The notes beneath the pieces are model-generated. The model had not been told where the DNA came from. It searched no databases and was given only the letters and a program-made list of their open reading frames with translations. The translations under genes were made by a program, and so were the position numbers. A stretch of 64,000 nucleotides of DNA from Candidatus Xenobia bacterium (GTDB taxonomy: Bacteria > Vulcanimicrobiota > Xenobia > Xenobiales > QWHO01), in NCBI GenBank assembly GCA_045863235.1, contig BTUM01000014.1, forward strand, positions 1-64,000. The letters are read 5' to 3'. Shown piece by piece: positions 41,565 through 51,382 of this stretch (the first letter of the stretch is position 1; each line of letters begins with the position of its first letter).

Positions 41565-42925
41565 ATCCAGCTGCGAATGAAGAAGAGGCGACGGAAGTAG
41601 CCTTCCGGGATGCTCAACCCGGTCAGCAGGGGAAAGAAGACCGCAAACGAGATCAGGATGCAAACGAAATAACCGATCAACGCCCGGCGCCAGAAGGGCG
41701 TGTCGGTCCACTCCAGCAGGGCCATCCCGGAGATCAGGGCCATGATGGGGATGCAGGGCAGCATGTAGTAGATGAACCCGCCCGTGGTGGCCGAGGCCCA
41801 CAGCAGCACCTGAGGGAAGTAGGTCAGAACCAGGAAGGCCCGGGCCCGGTCGCGCCGGGTCCAGGCCAGAATGCTGGCCTCCAGCAAGAACATCAAGAAG
41901 GGCAGCCAGAACAGGGGATTGCCGATGGTCACCACGCCTCGAACGGTCTTGTTCTCGGCCAACGGGTCGTCCTTGGGCTCTTCCTCGTAGACGTACCATA
42001 CGGGCTTGTAGTCGACTGGCCAGGAGTAGAACGGGGACAGGTAGCGGTGGTCGAACTCCTTCTTGTTGTAGCGAAAGCGCACCATGCGCTGGTGATAGCC
42101 TTTGATGGTCTCGAGTTGCTTGGGACCGATGGCCCCTTCACGCACAAAGAGAGGGGTGTAGGAGAGCAGGTAGACGGCCGGGATCACCAGTGAAAAGAGC
42201 ACGATCAGTGCGACCAGACGCCTGAAGTTGAACCCGGCCGGCCAGAGCAAGACCATGGCCAGAAAGGCGCCCACGGCCGCGAACAGGCCGCTCCACTTGC
42301 AGGCGGTAGCCAGACCGAACATGATGGCCGCCGTCAGGGCCCAGAGAGAGGACCGACGGCCGGCCTCGAGGTACTTCCAGGCCGCCACCAGGCCGAGCAT
42401 GATCCAGAAGGCCTGGTACATGTCCAGCATGGCGATGCGCGACTGCACCAGGTGCATGAAGTCGAAACTCACCAGGCCAGCGGCTGTGAAGGCCACGAAA
42501 CGGCCCCCCCCGGGGATGATCCAGCCCAGGTAGAAGGTGAGCGGAATGATGGCCACCCCCAGCACCAGGCTGCCCAGTCGCCACCCCACCGTCTCGTTGA
42601 GGGGAACGCCCCGAAAGCGCAGGAAGTCCACCAGCTCGATACCCAGGCCGAGTTGGAGCTTGCCCAGCAGAGGATGCACGCTGTTCGGGTCCTCCTGGCC
42701 GGCATAGATCTTCTGGGCCGCATCCACGTAGTAGATCTCGTCGAAGTACTCGCGGGAGGGGAAGTCGATGCGGTAGGCCCTGCTTGCGAAGGCGAAGAGG
42801 ACGAGCAACAGCAACCAGACCAGGTCTCGGCGCGTGAAGGAGGGTGGGCGAGGGCCCCCCTCCCGGTGCTCCTCGGGCCCGGCCGAAGCGGAATGGGGTT
42901 GGCTGTCGGGCGGATGCTCGGACAT
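41561..42925 (-). CDS. Dolichyl/polyprenyl-phosphate-mannose protein O-mannosyltransferase (GT39/PMT-like)
   Basis: 'FDEIYY', 'HPLLGK', 'SRIAMLD', 'KWSG', 'H.Y.S...SWP' and 'GNP'. Confidence 0.88.
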   Translation of the reverse strand: MSEHPPDSQPHSASAGPEEHREGGPRPPSFTRRDLVWLLLLVLFAFASRAYRIDFPSREYFDEIYYVDAAQKIYAGQEDPNSVHPLLGKLQLGLGIELVDFLRFRGVPLNETVGWRLGSLVLGVAIIPLTFYLGWIIPGGGRFVAFTAAGLVSFDFMHLVQSRIAMLDMYQAFWIMLGLVAAWKYLEAGRRSSLWALTAAIMFGLATACKWSGLFAAVGAFLAMVLLWPAGFNFRRLVALIVLFSLVIPAVYLLSYTPLFVREGAIGPKQLETIKGYHQRMVRFRYNKKEFDHRYLSPFYSWPVDYKPVWYVYEEEPKDDPLAENKTVRGVVTIGNPLFWLPFLMFLLEASILAWTRRDRARAFLVLTYFPQVLLWASATTGGFIYYMLPCIPIMALISGMALLEWTDTPFWRRALIGYFVCILISFAVFFPLLTGLSIPEGYFRRLFFIRSWI

Positions 42926-42937
42926 CGGGAAATGCAA

Positions 42938-43013
42938 TGGCCTCCACGGACGGACTCGAACCGTCGACCTACCGCTTAGGAGGCGGTCGCTCTATCCCCT
43001 GAGCTACGCGGAG
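42938..43013 (-). tRNA. tRNA-Arg(CCT)
   Basis: 76-nt cloverleaf: acceptor stem CTCCGCG/CGTGGAG, anticodon loop CT-CCT-AA, T-loop TTCGAGT, encoded CCA. Confidence 0.97.
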
Positions 43014-43058
43014 ACGCAGGTTGAGTCTAAACCATGTCGGCCCGGGGAGCAAGGCCCG

Positions 43059-43514
43059 TCAGCGCAACTTGCTGTCCTCGACCTTGCCGTAGAGGGAGCG
43101 GTAATAAGGCTCGTCCTTCTTGAGCCCGGCCTCGCTGTGATAGGTCCCCGCGCACCGCAGCGTGAAGACCGGGATGCCACCCTGCTTGAACTGATAGCCG
43201 TTGGGCTGCTCGTAGGTCAACTTCCCGGAGGCCGGACAGAGCGGGAGCTTGGGGAGCACCGGCTCCTTGCCGTCGGTCAGAGCGCTCAGACGAGCAGGCA
43301 AGCTTCCCCCGTTCTTCTTCTGGTAATCCTCCAGGGCTTTGCTGATGGTCATCAAGTTCTGACGGCAGCCCTCCAGATCGGAGACCAGCTTCTTGGAAGC
43401 ATTGACTGCCGCCAGACCCGGCAAGATCACCGCGATCAACACTCCGGCCAGAAAGAGCAGCGAGCAGAGCTCGACATAGTTTGCCCCCCCTGACTTGTTG
43501 CGCTCGCCACTCAT
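43059..43514 (-). CDS. Pseudopilin/prepilin-like protein with an atypical cleavage motif
   Basis: 'GG|ANYVEL...IAVILP' followed by 'CRQNLMTISKALEDY....LP..L..L'. Confidence 0.65.
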   Translation of the reverse strand: MSGERNKSGGANYVELCSLLFLAGVLIAVILPGLAAVNASKKLVSDLEGCRQNLMTISKALEDYQKKNGGSLPARLSALTDGKEPVLPKLPLCPASGKLTYEQPNGYQFKQGGIPVFTLRCAGTYHSEAGLKKDEPYYRSLYGKVEDSKLR

Positions 43515-44170
43515 TTTAGCGTCTTCACCCTCTCCTGGGCTCGCTCGATGTACTTGGCCATCTTCTGGCCCGGGGCCATGTCGCTCTGGGCGATCTCCAA
43601 GAACGCTTTGTAAGCATCCAGGGCTTTGTCCTTCTCGCCCGTCAGCTCATAGGCCTGGGCCAGGATGAAATGGGCCTCACTGAAGTCTGGTTTGAGCTGG
43701 ATGGTCCGGCGGAACTCGGAGATGGCCTCGAAGATCTTCTGCTCATTGAGATAGACCGTGCCCAGGGCATAGTGGGCCCGGAAACTATCCTTCTTGATGT
43801 CCAGCGCCTCGACCAGGGCTCGTCGAGCCTTCTCATAATCTCGCTCGAGACTGTAGAGCTCGCCTCGGGCGACTCGCACCTCGAAGCAGCCATGATCGAG
43901 CTTGAGGGCCTCGCTGAGCTTGTTGCCGGCCGCATGCATCTGGCCCTTCTCCATCAGCTCGCGCGCCTCGCCCACCAGCGACAGGGCACCCTGCTTCTTT
44001 TGCACCTGGACATCCCACAGATTGGCCACCAGCAAGCCCCACGAGAGCAGGGCCGATAGAAAGAAGGTTCCCGAGTCGATGGCCTTATGGGCAAAGAGCC
44101 AGAAGAGCGGACCCGGCAGGAGCAGCAGCCCCAGCATCAAGAGGATCTTCTTGGCGTTCAGCACCTTCAT
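43511..44170 (-). CDS. Membrane-anchored TPR protein
   Basis: Two TM helices followed by about four TPR motifs. Confidence 0.85.
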   Translation of the reverse strand: MKVLNAKKILLMLGLLLLPGPLFWLFAHKAIDSGTFFLSALLSWGLLVANLWDVQVQKKQGALSLVGEARELMEKGQMHAAGNKLSEALKLDHGCFEVRVARGELYSLERDYEKARRALVEALDIKKDSFRAHYALGTVYLNEQKIFEAISEFRRTIQLKPDFSEAHFILAQAYELTGEKDKALDAYKAFLEIAQSDMAPGQKMAKYIERAQERVKTLK

Positions 44171-44311
44171 GGTTTCGGGGATTTCGGACTTGTTTCATGG
44201 GTTCCCTGTAATTTCAGCAACGACAGGAGCGCTCGACCGAACACGGGCGGTCGAGTTTGTAACAAGATTGTTAACTTCTGGACACGCCCCCGGGTCCCGC
44301 CCCCCGTCGGG

Positions 44312-44340
44312 TTGCACCCAAAGATGGGCTTGACTATATT
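44312..44340 (+). promoter_or_regulatory. sigma70-type promoter
   Basis: TTGCAC, 17 bp, TATATT upstream of the 44390 gene. Confidence 0.6.
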
Positions 44341-44389
44341 GGTAACTGACGACCCGTGCGTGCGAGCGCGGGCGCGAAAGGTGGAACAG

Positions 44390-46183
44390 ATGTCGATCGG
44401 CAATGTGAATGTCCCTCCGGGTGGGGCCAATGCCCATGTAAACAACGCCACCCACACCGGGGCAGCCCAGCGACAGAGCGCGGCGGCCCGAGGGGATGTC
44501 ACGGGGACCCGCGAGCAAACCCAGCGCGAGCAAGTCGGCGATACCGCCACGGTGAGCTCGACTCCCGATCCGCAGGCTCAGCAGCAGCAGGCGCCTCCGC
44601 CCGAGCAAGAAAGCGTCGAATTCAAGTCGCTCGGAAAGCGGAACGGGGTCGAGCGCTTCGGAGTGGAAGGCGACCCGAACATCCAGCTTTACGTTTCTGA
44701 CTCAGGAGTTCAGTTGCAGCGGATGCCCGGCCAGATGATCGTGGGCATGCCCGACGGCAACATCCTGATGCGCGACATGAACTCGGGCAAGGTTTCCGGA
44801 CATTCGGCCGACGGCAAGAAGCTCGAGGTGACCTCGGACGAGGTCAACAAGACGCTCAGCTACGTCGACGCCGAGGGCAACCGCATCACGGTGAAGCCCG
44901 AGAACCTGACGGTGGTCGTCAATGACGAGGCGCGCATCCACCCCGACAAGTCGGTGGAGAACTTGAAGGGGCAGCAGTTCGTCCAGCAACCGGCTCCCCA
45001 GCCGAGCGGCATTCTCAACCCCGATCTCGGCATGGGCGCCGATCAGGTCAACCTGGGAGGGGCCGGCGCGGGCGCTGCCGGGGTCTACGGACCTCAGGGC
45101 GGCCTGCAGGGCGCCCGTCAGGAGCAGACTCCCTCGGGCTTGATGCGCACCATCACCCCCGATGGCATGATGGTCATCGGCTTGCCCAACGGAGTGGCCA
45201 TCAGCCACGGTCCCGCCGGGGCCATGGCCATGGACTCGCGCTCGCAGCAGCCCATCCCCGTGCAGGTGGCCATGCACCGCCGACCCGATGGCGGCGAGGA
45301 GTATCGCTATCAGTTCAACGATGCGGGCGGAAACCTGTACACGCTGTTCTCGCAGAGCATGGACTTTACCGTGGAATCTCCCGACCGCCGCGTGGCCCAG
45401 ATGGTCCTGCCGCAAGGCAACGTGATGACGGCCGTGCGGGGCGACAACGGGCAGTACTCCCACGAGGTTCTGCCCGACGGCAGCCAGATCAACCGGGGCG
45501 GGGCACAGTTCGCGGGCGACCGGGTGATCATGCCGCAGGGCGAGTTCTCCCAGATGAGCGCCCTGCCGTTCCCCGTCTCGGGCTTCATGGCTCCCGCCTT
45601 CCAGGAGCAGGCAGCCCGCCAGGCCCAGGCCCGGGCCACCGGCCAGGCCGGCCAGCAGGCAGCCCAGAACGCCAACGGCCAGTTCCAGACCCAGGGTGTC
45701 CCCGGCGGAGGGGTCAATCCCGGGGGCGGCATTCCCGGGACACCCGACAATCCGCTGGGGAACGCTGGCAATGTGGCCAACGGCGAGTTCTCGCCCCACC
45801 CCAGCATCCATCACCGCCCCAACTTTCCTCAGGCCGAGGTTCGCCCCAGCCTGTGGCAACGCTTCAAGAACTTCCTGTCCGGACGGCCCTCCAACTACGT
45901 TCCGCCGGATCAACACCAGCAGCAGTGGGGGCCGCAGGGTCCCCAGCAGACACAGGGTCCCTGGGGTCCGCCGCCCTATGCGCAGTACAATCCTGGCGGG
46001 GTGATGCCCAGCCCCTGGCCGGGCCAGCAGTTCCCGCCCCAACAGTCCAACAACTGGATCAACTGGGTGATGGGCGCCACCATGCTGACCAGCGTGCTGT
46101 CCAGCGTGACGCTGCTGGGCACGGTGATGAGCGCCAGCCCCTGGAACATCGGGTTCTTTCCGCCCATGATGGGTTTCCCCTGA
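44390..46183 (+). CDS. Gln/Pro/Gly-rich hypothetical protein with beta-hairpin (PDG) repeats and a C-terminal hydrophobic helix
   Basis: Strong codon bias; AAAGGTGG RBS before ATG 44390. Confidence 0.75.
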   Translation: MSIGNVNVPPGGANAHVNNATHTGAAQRQSAAARGDVTGTREQTQREQVGDTATVSSTPDPQAQQQQAPPPEQESVEFKSLGKRNGVERFGVEGDPNIQLYVSDSGVQLQRMPGQMIVGMPDGNILMRDMNSGKVSGHSADGKKLEVTSDEVNKTLSYVDAEGNRITVKPENLTVVVNDEARIHPDKSVENLKGQQFVQQPAPQPSGILNPDLGMGADQVNLGGAGAGAAGVYGPQGGLQGARQEQTPSGLMRTITPDGMMVIGLPNGVAISHGPAGAMAMDSRSQQPIPVQVAMHRRPDGGEEYRYQFNDAGGNLYTLFSQSMDFTVESPDRRVAQMVLPQGNVMTAVRGDNGQYSHEVLPDGSQINRGGAQFAGDRVIMPQGEFSQMSALPFPVSGFMAPAFQEQAARQAQARATGQAGQQAAQNANGQFQTQGVPGGGVNPGGGIPGTPDNPLGNAGNVANGEFSPHPSIHHRPNFPQAEVRPSLWQRFKNFLSGRPSNYVPPDQHQQQWGPQGPQQTQGPWGPPPYAQYNPGGVMPSPWPGQQFPPQQSNNWINWVMGATMLTSVLSSVTLLGTVMSASPWNIGFFPPMMGFP

Positions 46184-46195
46184 TAAGTAGCCGTC

Positions 46196-46726
46196 TTGTC
46201 TGAGACCACCCTGTCGAGCTCGATCTGCTTTGAGGGTCGCATCGTGCGCCTGGAGCTGCTCGAGGTGGAGCTGGCTGATGGCAGCCGTGCCCCTCGCGAG
46301 ATCGTGCGCCACGATGATGCAGTCTGCGCGGCGGTTTTGACCCGCTCGGGCTCGGTCGTCTTGGTGCGCCAGTATCGCAAAGCCGTGGAACGGGCTTTAC
46401 TGGAGATCCCCGCCGGACTCATCAATCGCGAAGAAGCACCCGATGACGCAGTGCGGCGCGAGCTGGCCGAAGAGATCGGCATGTTGGAGGGGACCGTGGA
46501 ATACCAGCTGGCCTGCCTGGCCTCTCCCGGCTTCTGTGATGAGACCATGCACCTCTATTTGGTGACCGACGCCGTGCTGGGCCCCAATCAGCCCGACCCG
46601 GGGGAGTTGCTCGAAGTGGTCGAGCTCGAGCCCGCTGAGGCGTTGCGTCGAGCCCTGGCTGGCGAGCTGGGAGACGCCAAGTCGGCCCTGGGCGTGCTGC
46701 TGCTGGCCCGCAAGATGGGATGGTAG
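46196..46726 (+). CDS. NUDIX hydrolase, ADP-ribose pyrophosphatase-like
   Basis: 'RQYR', 'EIPAG' and Nudix box 'G.....E.......RELAEEIG', then 'SPGFCDE'. Confidence 0.88.
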   Translation: MSETTLSSSICFEGRIVRLELLEVELADGSRAPREIVRHDDAVCAAVLTRSGSVVLVRQYRKAVERALLEIPAGLINREEAPDDAVRRELAEEIGMLEGTVEYQLACLASPGFCDETMHLYLVTDAVLGPNQPDPGELLEVVELEPAEALRRALAGELGDAKSALGVLLLARKMGW

Positions 46727-47868
46727 TCGGTCTTTACCTGCACTTTGCCTACTGCCGCACCCGCTGCACGTACTGCGACTTCAACGCTTACAGCGAGCCC
46801 GATGCGGTCGACGAGCAGCGCGCCTACTTCGAGGCCTTGCTCGAGGACGTGCGCCGAACCGGGGCCGAGCGAGCCTACACGGTCCGCACGCTGTTTTGCG
46901 GGGGGGGAACCCCCAGCCTCACCCCCGCGGCCTGGATGGGCGAGCTTCTGGAGGCCTGCAGAACCAGCTTCCAGCTCGATCCTCAGGCCGAGGTCACCCT
47001 GGAGGCGAACCCTGGCACCGTCGATCTGGCATATCTGACCGCTCTGCGTCAAGCCGGCTTCAATCGCCTCTCCCTGGGCGTTCAGAGCTTCCAGGACGAG
47101 CTCTTGCAGCGAATCGGTCGCATTCACAGCTCTGCTCAGGCGGCCCAGGCGCTGGCTGACGCCCGGACGGCCGGCTTCGACAACGTGAGTCTGGACTTGA
47201 TCTACGGGCTGCCCGGCCAGAGCCTGGCCGACTTCCAGGCTGACCTGGAGCGGGTCGGTGAGCTGCGACCCGAGCACCTCTCAGCCTATGCCCTGACGGT
47301 CGAGCCCAACACCCGCCTGGAGGCCCAGATTCGCCTGGGGGAGATCGCCCCCCCCGATCCCGACCTGCAGGCCGACATGGCCGACCTGCTCCCCCCCTTC
47401 CTGCGACCGCTGGGCTACCGGCGCTACGAGATCTCCAACTGGGCTCGAAGCGGGAGGGCCTGCCGGCACAACCTGATTTACTGGCGCAATCGCCCCTACC
47501 TGGGTCTGGGTTGCGGCGCGACCAGCTACATCGACGGCTGGCGCACCCGCCGCATCCTCCACCCCCGCTACTATGCGACGGCCCTGGCCCAGGGACGCAC
47601 ACCCGTCATCGAGCACGAGCGGCTCGGGCTAGAGGGAACGCTGAAGGACGTCATCACCCTGGCGCTGCGCACCCGGCGCGGCCTCGACCTGGATCGGTTG
47701 TATCGTCGCTATCCGGTCCTGCCGGAACGCGTGGAGGGCTTTCTGGATGGGCTTCCCACGGGGTTGGTCCGCCGGCAGGGGTCCCGCATCCGCCTCACGG
47801 GCCGGGGGCGCAACCTGGCCAATGTGGTCTTCGTCGAGTTGCTCGACACGCTGCTGACGTCTGGGTGA
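46720..47868 (+). CDS. hemW: Radical SAM heme chaperone HemW
   Basis: 'LYLHF.YC...C.YCDF', GGGTPS, 'YEISNW' and 'CRHNLIYW'. Confidence 0.9.
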   Translation: MVVGLYLHFAYCRTRCTYCDFNAYSEPDAVDEQRAYFEALLEDVRRTGAERAYTVRTLFCGGGTPSLTPAAWMGELLEACRTSFQLDPQAEVTLEANPGTVDLAYLTALRQAGFNRLSLGVQSFQDELLQRIGRIHSSAQAAQALADARTAGFDNVSLDLIYGLPGQSLADFQADLERVGELRPEHLSAYALTVEPNTRLEAQIRLGEIAPPDPDLQADMADLLPPFLRPLGYRRYEISNWARSGRACRHNLIYWRNRPYLGLGCGATSYIDGWRTRRILHPRYYATALAQGRTPVIEHERLGLEGTLKDVITLALRTRRGLDLDRLYRRYPVLPERVEGFLDGLPTGLVRRQGSRIRLTGRGRNLANVVFVELLDTLLTSG

Positions 47869-47950
47869 CCGATGCAGGACCTGCCCTTCTTGTTGCGTAT
47901 TCTTGGCCAACCGGTGAAGCCGGAATCTTCGACCCGGGGGTGACTGACCT

Positions 47951-48166
47951 GTGGCCCTGTCCCGACGCGAATTTCAGATCCTGCAAGAGCGAGTGGCCAA
48001 ACTGGAGATGCAGGTGCGTGCCCTGGATAACCGGCTCAAAGCCAGTGAGAGCATGATGAAACCCTCCAACCTGGCCCGCCGGGTGCGCGAAGGCGACGAG
48101 GAGATCAAGCGCGCGGCCGAACGGGGCGAGATGTTCGACGCCCTGAGGCCTGAGTCCGAGCCCTGA
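47951..48166 (+). CDS. Small coiled-coil hypothetical protein
   Basis: GGGGGTG RBS-like site, GTG start and a heptad pattern. Confidence 0.6.
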   Translation: MALSRREFQILQERVAKLEMQVRALDNRLKASESMMKPSNLARRVREGDEEIKRAAERGEMFDALRPESEP

Positions 48167-48224
48167 AGGGGGCGAGGAATCCGCGCCGCGTAAGCGGCTA
48201 ACAATGGTCCCCTCCAATCCCTGC

Positions 48225-48321
48225 TAAAGTGCAAGGCCTTTGGTCCTGCACTTTACAACGCGCTGGAACCGCGTTCGTCAGATTGTGCTAATGTGCAAAA
48301 CCTAAGTGCGAGCACATTAGC
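48225..48321. repeat. REP-like palindromic repeat (most complete copy)
   Basis: TAAAGTGCAAGGCC..TGGTCCTGCACTTTA-CAACGCGC, then a second palindrome GCTAATGTGC...GCACATTAGC. Confidence 0.75.
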
Positions 48322-48712
48322 GCTTCCAGAACTGCCACGAGGGCGGCTCAGGCGCGGCCGGACCCGGCACCACCCGGTTCAAGAACCACCACCAGTAAGA
48401 CAGCGGGGGGTCGTTGACGATCTGGTATTGCTTGAAGTTGGCGTGACCGATCTCGGCCACGATCTCGGACGCTCGGGCCCGAACGGCATTGTCCAGAGCC
48501 ACAACCTCGAGCCAGACCTCCCGAGGGTCGACCCCCCGGACGCGGAGCTCGTCCAGGCTCTCTTGCACTTCGTCGCGATAATAGAGCAAGTTGGGGGCCG
48601 CCAGCCCCAGACGGCCGATGTCCTTGACATAACGGCGATAGTCCTCGAGAACCTCAAGCAGATACTTGTACTCTTCGCGAGCCTCCTCGTCCAGCCCCTC
48701 GGGAACTTCCAC
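48317..48712 (-). CDS. Hypothetical protein downstream of ispD
   Basis: Starts 1 nt after the ispD stop; good codon bias. Confidence 0.75.
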   Translation of the reverse strand: MEVPEGLDEEAREEYKYLLEVLEDYRRYVKDIGRLGLAAPNLLYYRDEVQESLDELRVRGVDPREVWLEVVALDNAVRARASEIVAEIGHANFKQYQIVNDPPLSYWWWFLNRVVPGPAAPEPPSWQFWKR

Positions 48713-48713
48713 T

Positions 48714-49412
48714 TCACACCCCGGCGCTCTCGCTCAACAGCCTCTCGGCTACGGCCAGGTCCTCGGGGGTGGTGATTTTCAGGTTGCGGTAGTCGCCCTC
48801 CACCACCCCCACGCGCCCGCCGCGCCACTCGATCAAGGAGCAGTCGTCGGTTCCAAGAAATCCCGCTCGGGCTGCGCTGCGGTGCGCTTCCAGGATGGTC
48901 TGGAACGGAAAGAGCTGTGGCGTCTGGGCGGCAAACAGCTCCTGTCTGGGCAAGGTGCGAGCCACCCGCCCCTCCTTGACGATCTTGACCGTGTCCTTGA
49001 CGGCCACCATCGGCAGAACGCCATCCAGGTCGCCCAAACCCTGCACCAGCCGGTGCAACATCTCGTGGCTGAGGAAAGGACGGGCTGCGTCGTGAATGGC
49101 CACCACGTCCTCGGGGCCGGCCCGACGAACAGCCAGGGCCTCCAGAGCATAGCCGATCGATTCCTGCCGCTCGGCGCCTCCGGTCACCACGCAGGTCACC
49201 TTGGTCAGACCAGCCTGAGCGAAGAGAGCTCGATACTCGTCCTCATCCCCTTCAGCGGCCGAGACCACCATCCGGGCCAGGGGGTCGAAGCTCTGCAGTG
49301 TTCGCAAGCTGTGCAACAGCAACGGGCTGCCCCCCAGGGACATGAGCAACTTGTTCGTGCCGCCCATGCGCCGGCTCTTGCCGGCTGCGGTCACCACTGC
49401 CAGAAGGGCCAA
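48714..49412 (-). CDS. ispD: 2-C-methyl-D-erythritol 4-phosphate cytidylyltransferase
   Basis: 'AAGKSRRMG', 'GGAERQES', 'IHDAARP', 'QTPQ' and 'NLKITTPEDL'. Confidence 0.95.
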   Translation of the reverse strand: MALLAVVTAAGKSRRMGGTNKLLMSLGGSPLLLHSLRTLQSFDPLARMVVSAAEGDEDEYRALFAQAGLTKVTCVVTGGAERQESIGYALEALAVRRAGPEDVVAIHDAARPFLSHEMLHRLVQGLGDLDGVLPMVAVKDTVKIVKEGRVARTLPRQELFAAQTPQLFPFQTILEAHRSAARAGFLGTDDCSLIEWRGGRVGVVEGDYRNLKITTPEDLAVAERLLSESAGV

Positions 49413-49413
49413 G

Positions 49414-50646
49414 TCAGGTGCTCCGCTTGGGGGTGCTCTCCTCGGCCAGAAGCTTGGTGATGTCGCGCGAGGCGCTGCCGTTGGAGCCGTTGGAATCGTA
49501 GTCGGCCAGGCTGGACGAGGGCTCGTCCACCGCTTCGGTAGACGAGGTCACGGGCCCACGAATTCCCCCGACCAGACCTTTGAAGCGGCCGAAAATCATC
49601 TTGCCGGCATTGTTCTGGACGATGGAGGTCACCTCGACAAAGACCCGCTCACCCACGTGCCGCCGACCTTTCTCGACCACCACCATAGTGCCATCCTCCA
49701 GGAACCCCACCCCCTGGCCGGCCTCCTTGCCGTCGCGGATCAGCTTGACGGGAATCTCCTCGCCGGGAAGCACGACCGGCTTCATGGCGCTGGCAAGCTC
49801 GTTGATGTTGAGCACCCGAATGTTCTGCAAACTGGCCACTTTGTGCAGATTGTAGTCCGTGGTCAGAAGGGGGAGCTTGAGATCCTGAGCGAGCCGGATC
49901 AACTTGGAATCGACGGCTGTCTCCTCGAAGTCTTTCTTCTCGATGTGAAGACCCGGGTGCTGGCGAAGCTTGTGGAGAATGTCCAGGCCCCGCCGACCGC
50001 GATTGCGCTTCTGCGCATCTTCCGAGTCGGCCACCCTCTGCAACTCATTGAGCACGAACTGGGGCACCACCAGCGTGCCCTCCAGGAAGCCCGCCTCGCA
50101 AACGTCGCAGATGCGACCGTCGATGATGACGCTGGTATCCAGAATGAAGTAGCTGCGGCCCCAGGGCGCGGCCGTTCCGGTCTCGAGCAGATTGCGGAAG
50201 CTGTGGATGAACACCAGCCGGCTGCCGAAGAAGGCCCCCAGGAAGCTGAAGAAGACGGTTGTCAGGACGATCAAGAACGGCCCGAGGTAGTCGCCAACGA
50301 AGGGGATCTTGGAGAAATTGATGGCCTGCAGGGCCAGATTGATGAAAAAGGCTACGATCAGGCCAAAGAGGAGTCCCGCCGAGCCCATCAACACTTCTTG
50401 CAGGGAGAGTTTCTGCAGACCAACGGCCACCGCGTCGACCGAACGAACCATCAGGTTGGCCAGCAGTGGAGCCAGGATGATGCCCACCAGAATTCCAAGG
50501 AGAATCAGGGCTGCGAAGTTGGTATAGAGCGGCACCCCGCTCAGAGCGGAGTAGAACTTCTGACTCTGGAGGGCAACGTTATAGCCGCACAGTCCACCAA
50601 AGACTGCGAAGATGCAGTAGAACATGCCCCGAATCAGTTTGGCCAA
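49414..50646 (-). CDS. yacL: Membrane PIN/TRAM domain protein (YacL family)
   Basis: Four TM helices; 'LDTSVIIDGRI', 'RGRRGLDIL' and TRAM 'GVGFLEDGTMVVVE'. Confidence 0.92.
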   Translation of the reverse strand: MAKLIRGMFYCIFAVFGGLCGYNVALQSQKFYSALSGVPLYTNFAALILLGILVGIILAPLLANLMVRSVDAVAVGLQKLSLQEVLMGSAGLLFGLIVAFFINLALQAINFSKIPFVGDYLGPFLIVLTTVFFSFLGAFFGSRLVFIHSFRNLLETGTAAPWGRSYFILDTSVIIDGRICDVCEAGFLEGTLVVPQFVLNELQRVADSEDAQKRNRGRRGLDILHKLRQHPGLHIEKKDFEETAVDSKLIRLAQDLKLPLLTTDYNLHKVASLQNIRVLNINELASAMKPVVLPGEEIPVKLIRDGKEAGQGVGFLEDGTMVVVEKGRRHVGERVFVEVTSIVQNNAGKMIFGRFKGLVGGIRGPVTSSTEAVDEPSSSLADYDSNGSNGSASRDITKLLAEESTPKRST

Positions 50647-50830
50647 TTGTCACCAACCTTCGCAAGGTTGCGATCTCGCAGCCCACACTGGCATCTAAAG
50701 GAGACACTGCGCCTGGTTCGATCTCTTAACTCTTAAGCGTTACGTCCTGAAGGTCTTGCCTATCCTACCGACAGACAAATCTATCGGCGCAAATAACTCC
50801 AAAACCCCTGGGACCTCACTCTAGAAAAGT

Positions 50831-51337
50831 TCAGTCTCCTGGCCGATTCTCCTCCCCCTCGCCCAGGCCCAGGTCGAGCAAAGCTTGTCGCACGCTGGGA
50901 AAGGCCAGTTCCTTCCAGGGGATGTCTCCGGGCAAGAACCAGCGAGCCTCCGAGCACTCCGGACCAGGGTTGGCACTACCGGAGAGCACCTCCGCCTCGT
51001 AGACGATGACCACCACGATGCTGGTCGGATAGCTGTAGACACCCAGCAACCGCCGGCAAGAGACCTCCAGTCCGGTCTCCTCGAAAACCTCGCGAGCGGC
51101 CGCTGAGGGAGCGGTTTCGCCGCGATCCATGTAGCCCCCGGGGTAGGACCACAAACCCCGGCCAGGCTCGATGTCACGCCGAATCAGCAAGATACCCTCA
51201 GGACCTTGCACAACCGCGCAGCAGGCGACCTTGGGGTCGAGAAAGTGCACCCTGTCGCAAGCCCGGCAGTAATGGCGGTCCTTGCGATCCACCAGGCGCA
51301 TGCTCAGCTCGGCCGAACACTCGCTACAGTATCTCAA
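50831..51337 (-). CDS. NUDIX hydrolase with an N-terminal zinc ribbon
   Basis: TTG start 'RYCSECS...YCRAC'; Nudix box 'PGGYMDRGET...AAREVFEETG'. Confidence 0.88.
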   Translation of the reverse strand: MRYCSECSAELSMRLVDRKDRHYCRACDRVHFLDPKVACCAVVQGPEGILLIRRDIEPGRGLWSYPGGYMDRGETAPSAAAREVFEETGLEVSCRRLLGVYSYPTSIVVVIVYEAEVLSGSANPGPECSEARWFLPGDIPWKELAFPSVRQALLDLGLGEGEENRPGD

Positions 51338-51382
51338 GGGGTTGCCCCCGGCTGGCAGGATTCGTACAATACTTGCAGCCTC

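Noticed and set aside
42938..43013. tRNA as an integration site of a genomic island
   Set aside because: No integrase or duplicated tRNA 3' end seen in the window; the flanking genes are housekeeping-like.
48195..48321. Integron attC site
   Set aside because: No clear paired RYYYAAC...GTTRRRY boxes around the palindromes, no cassette array and no integrase; a REP-like repeat fits better.
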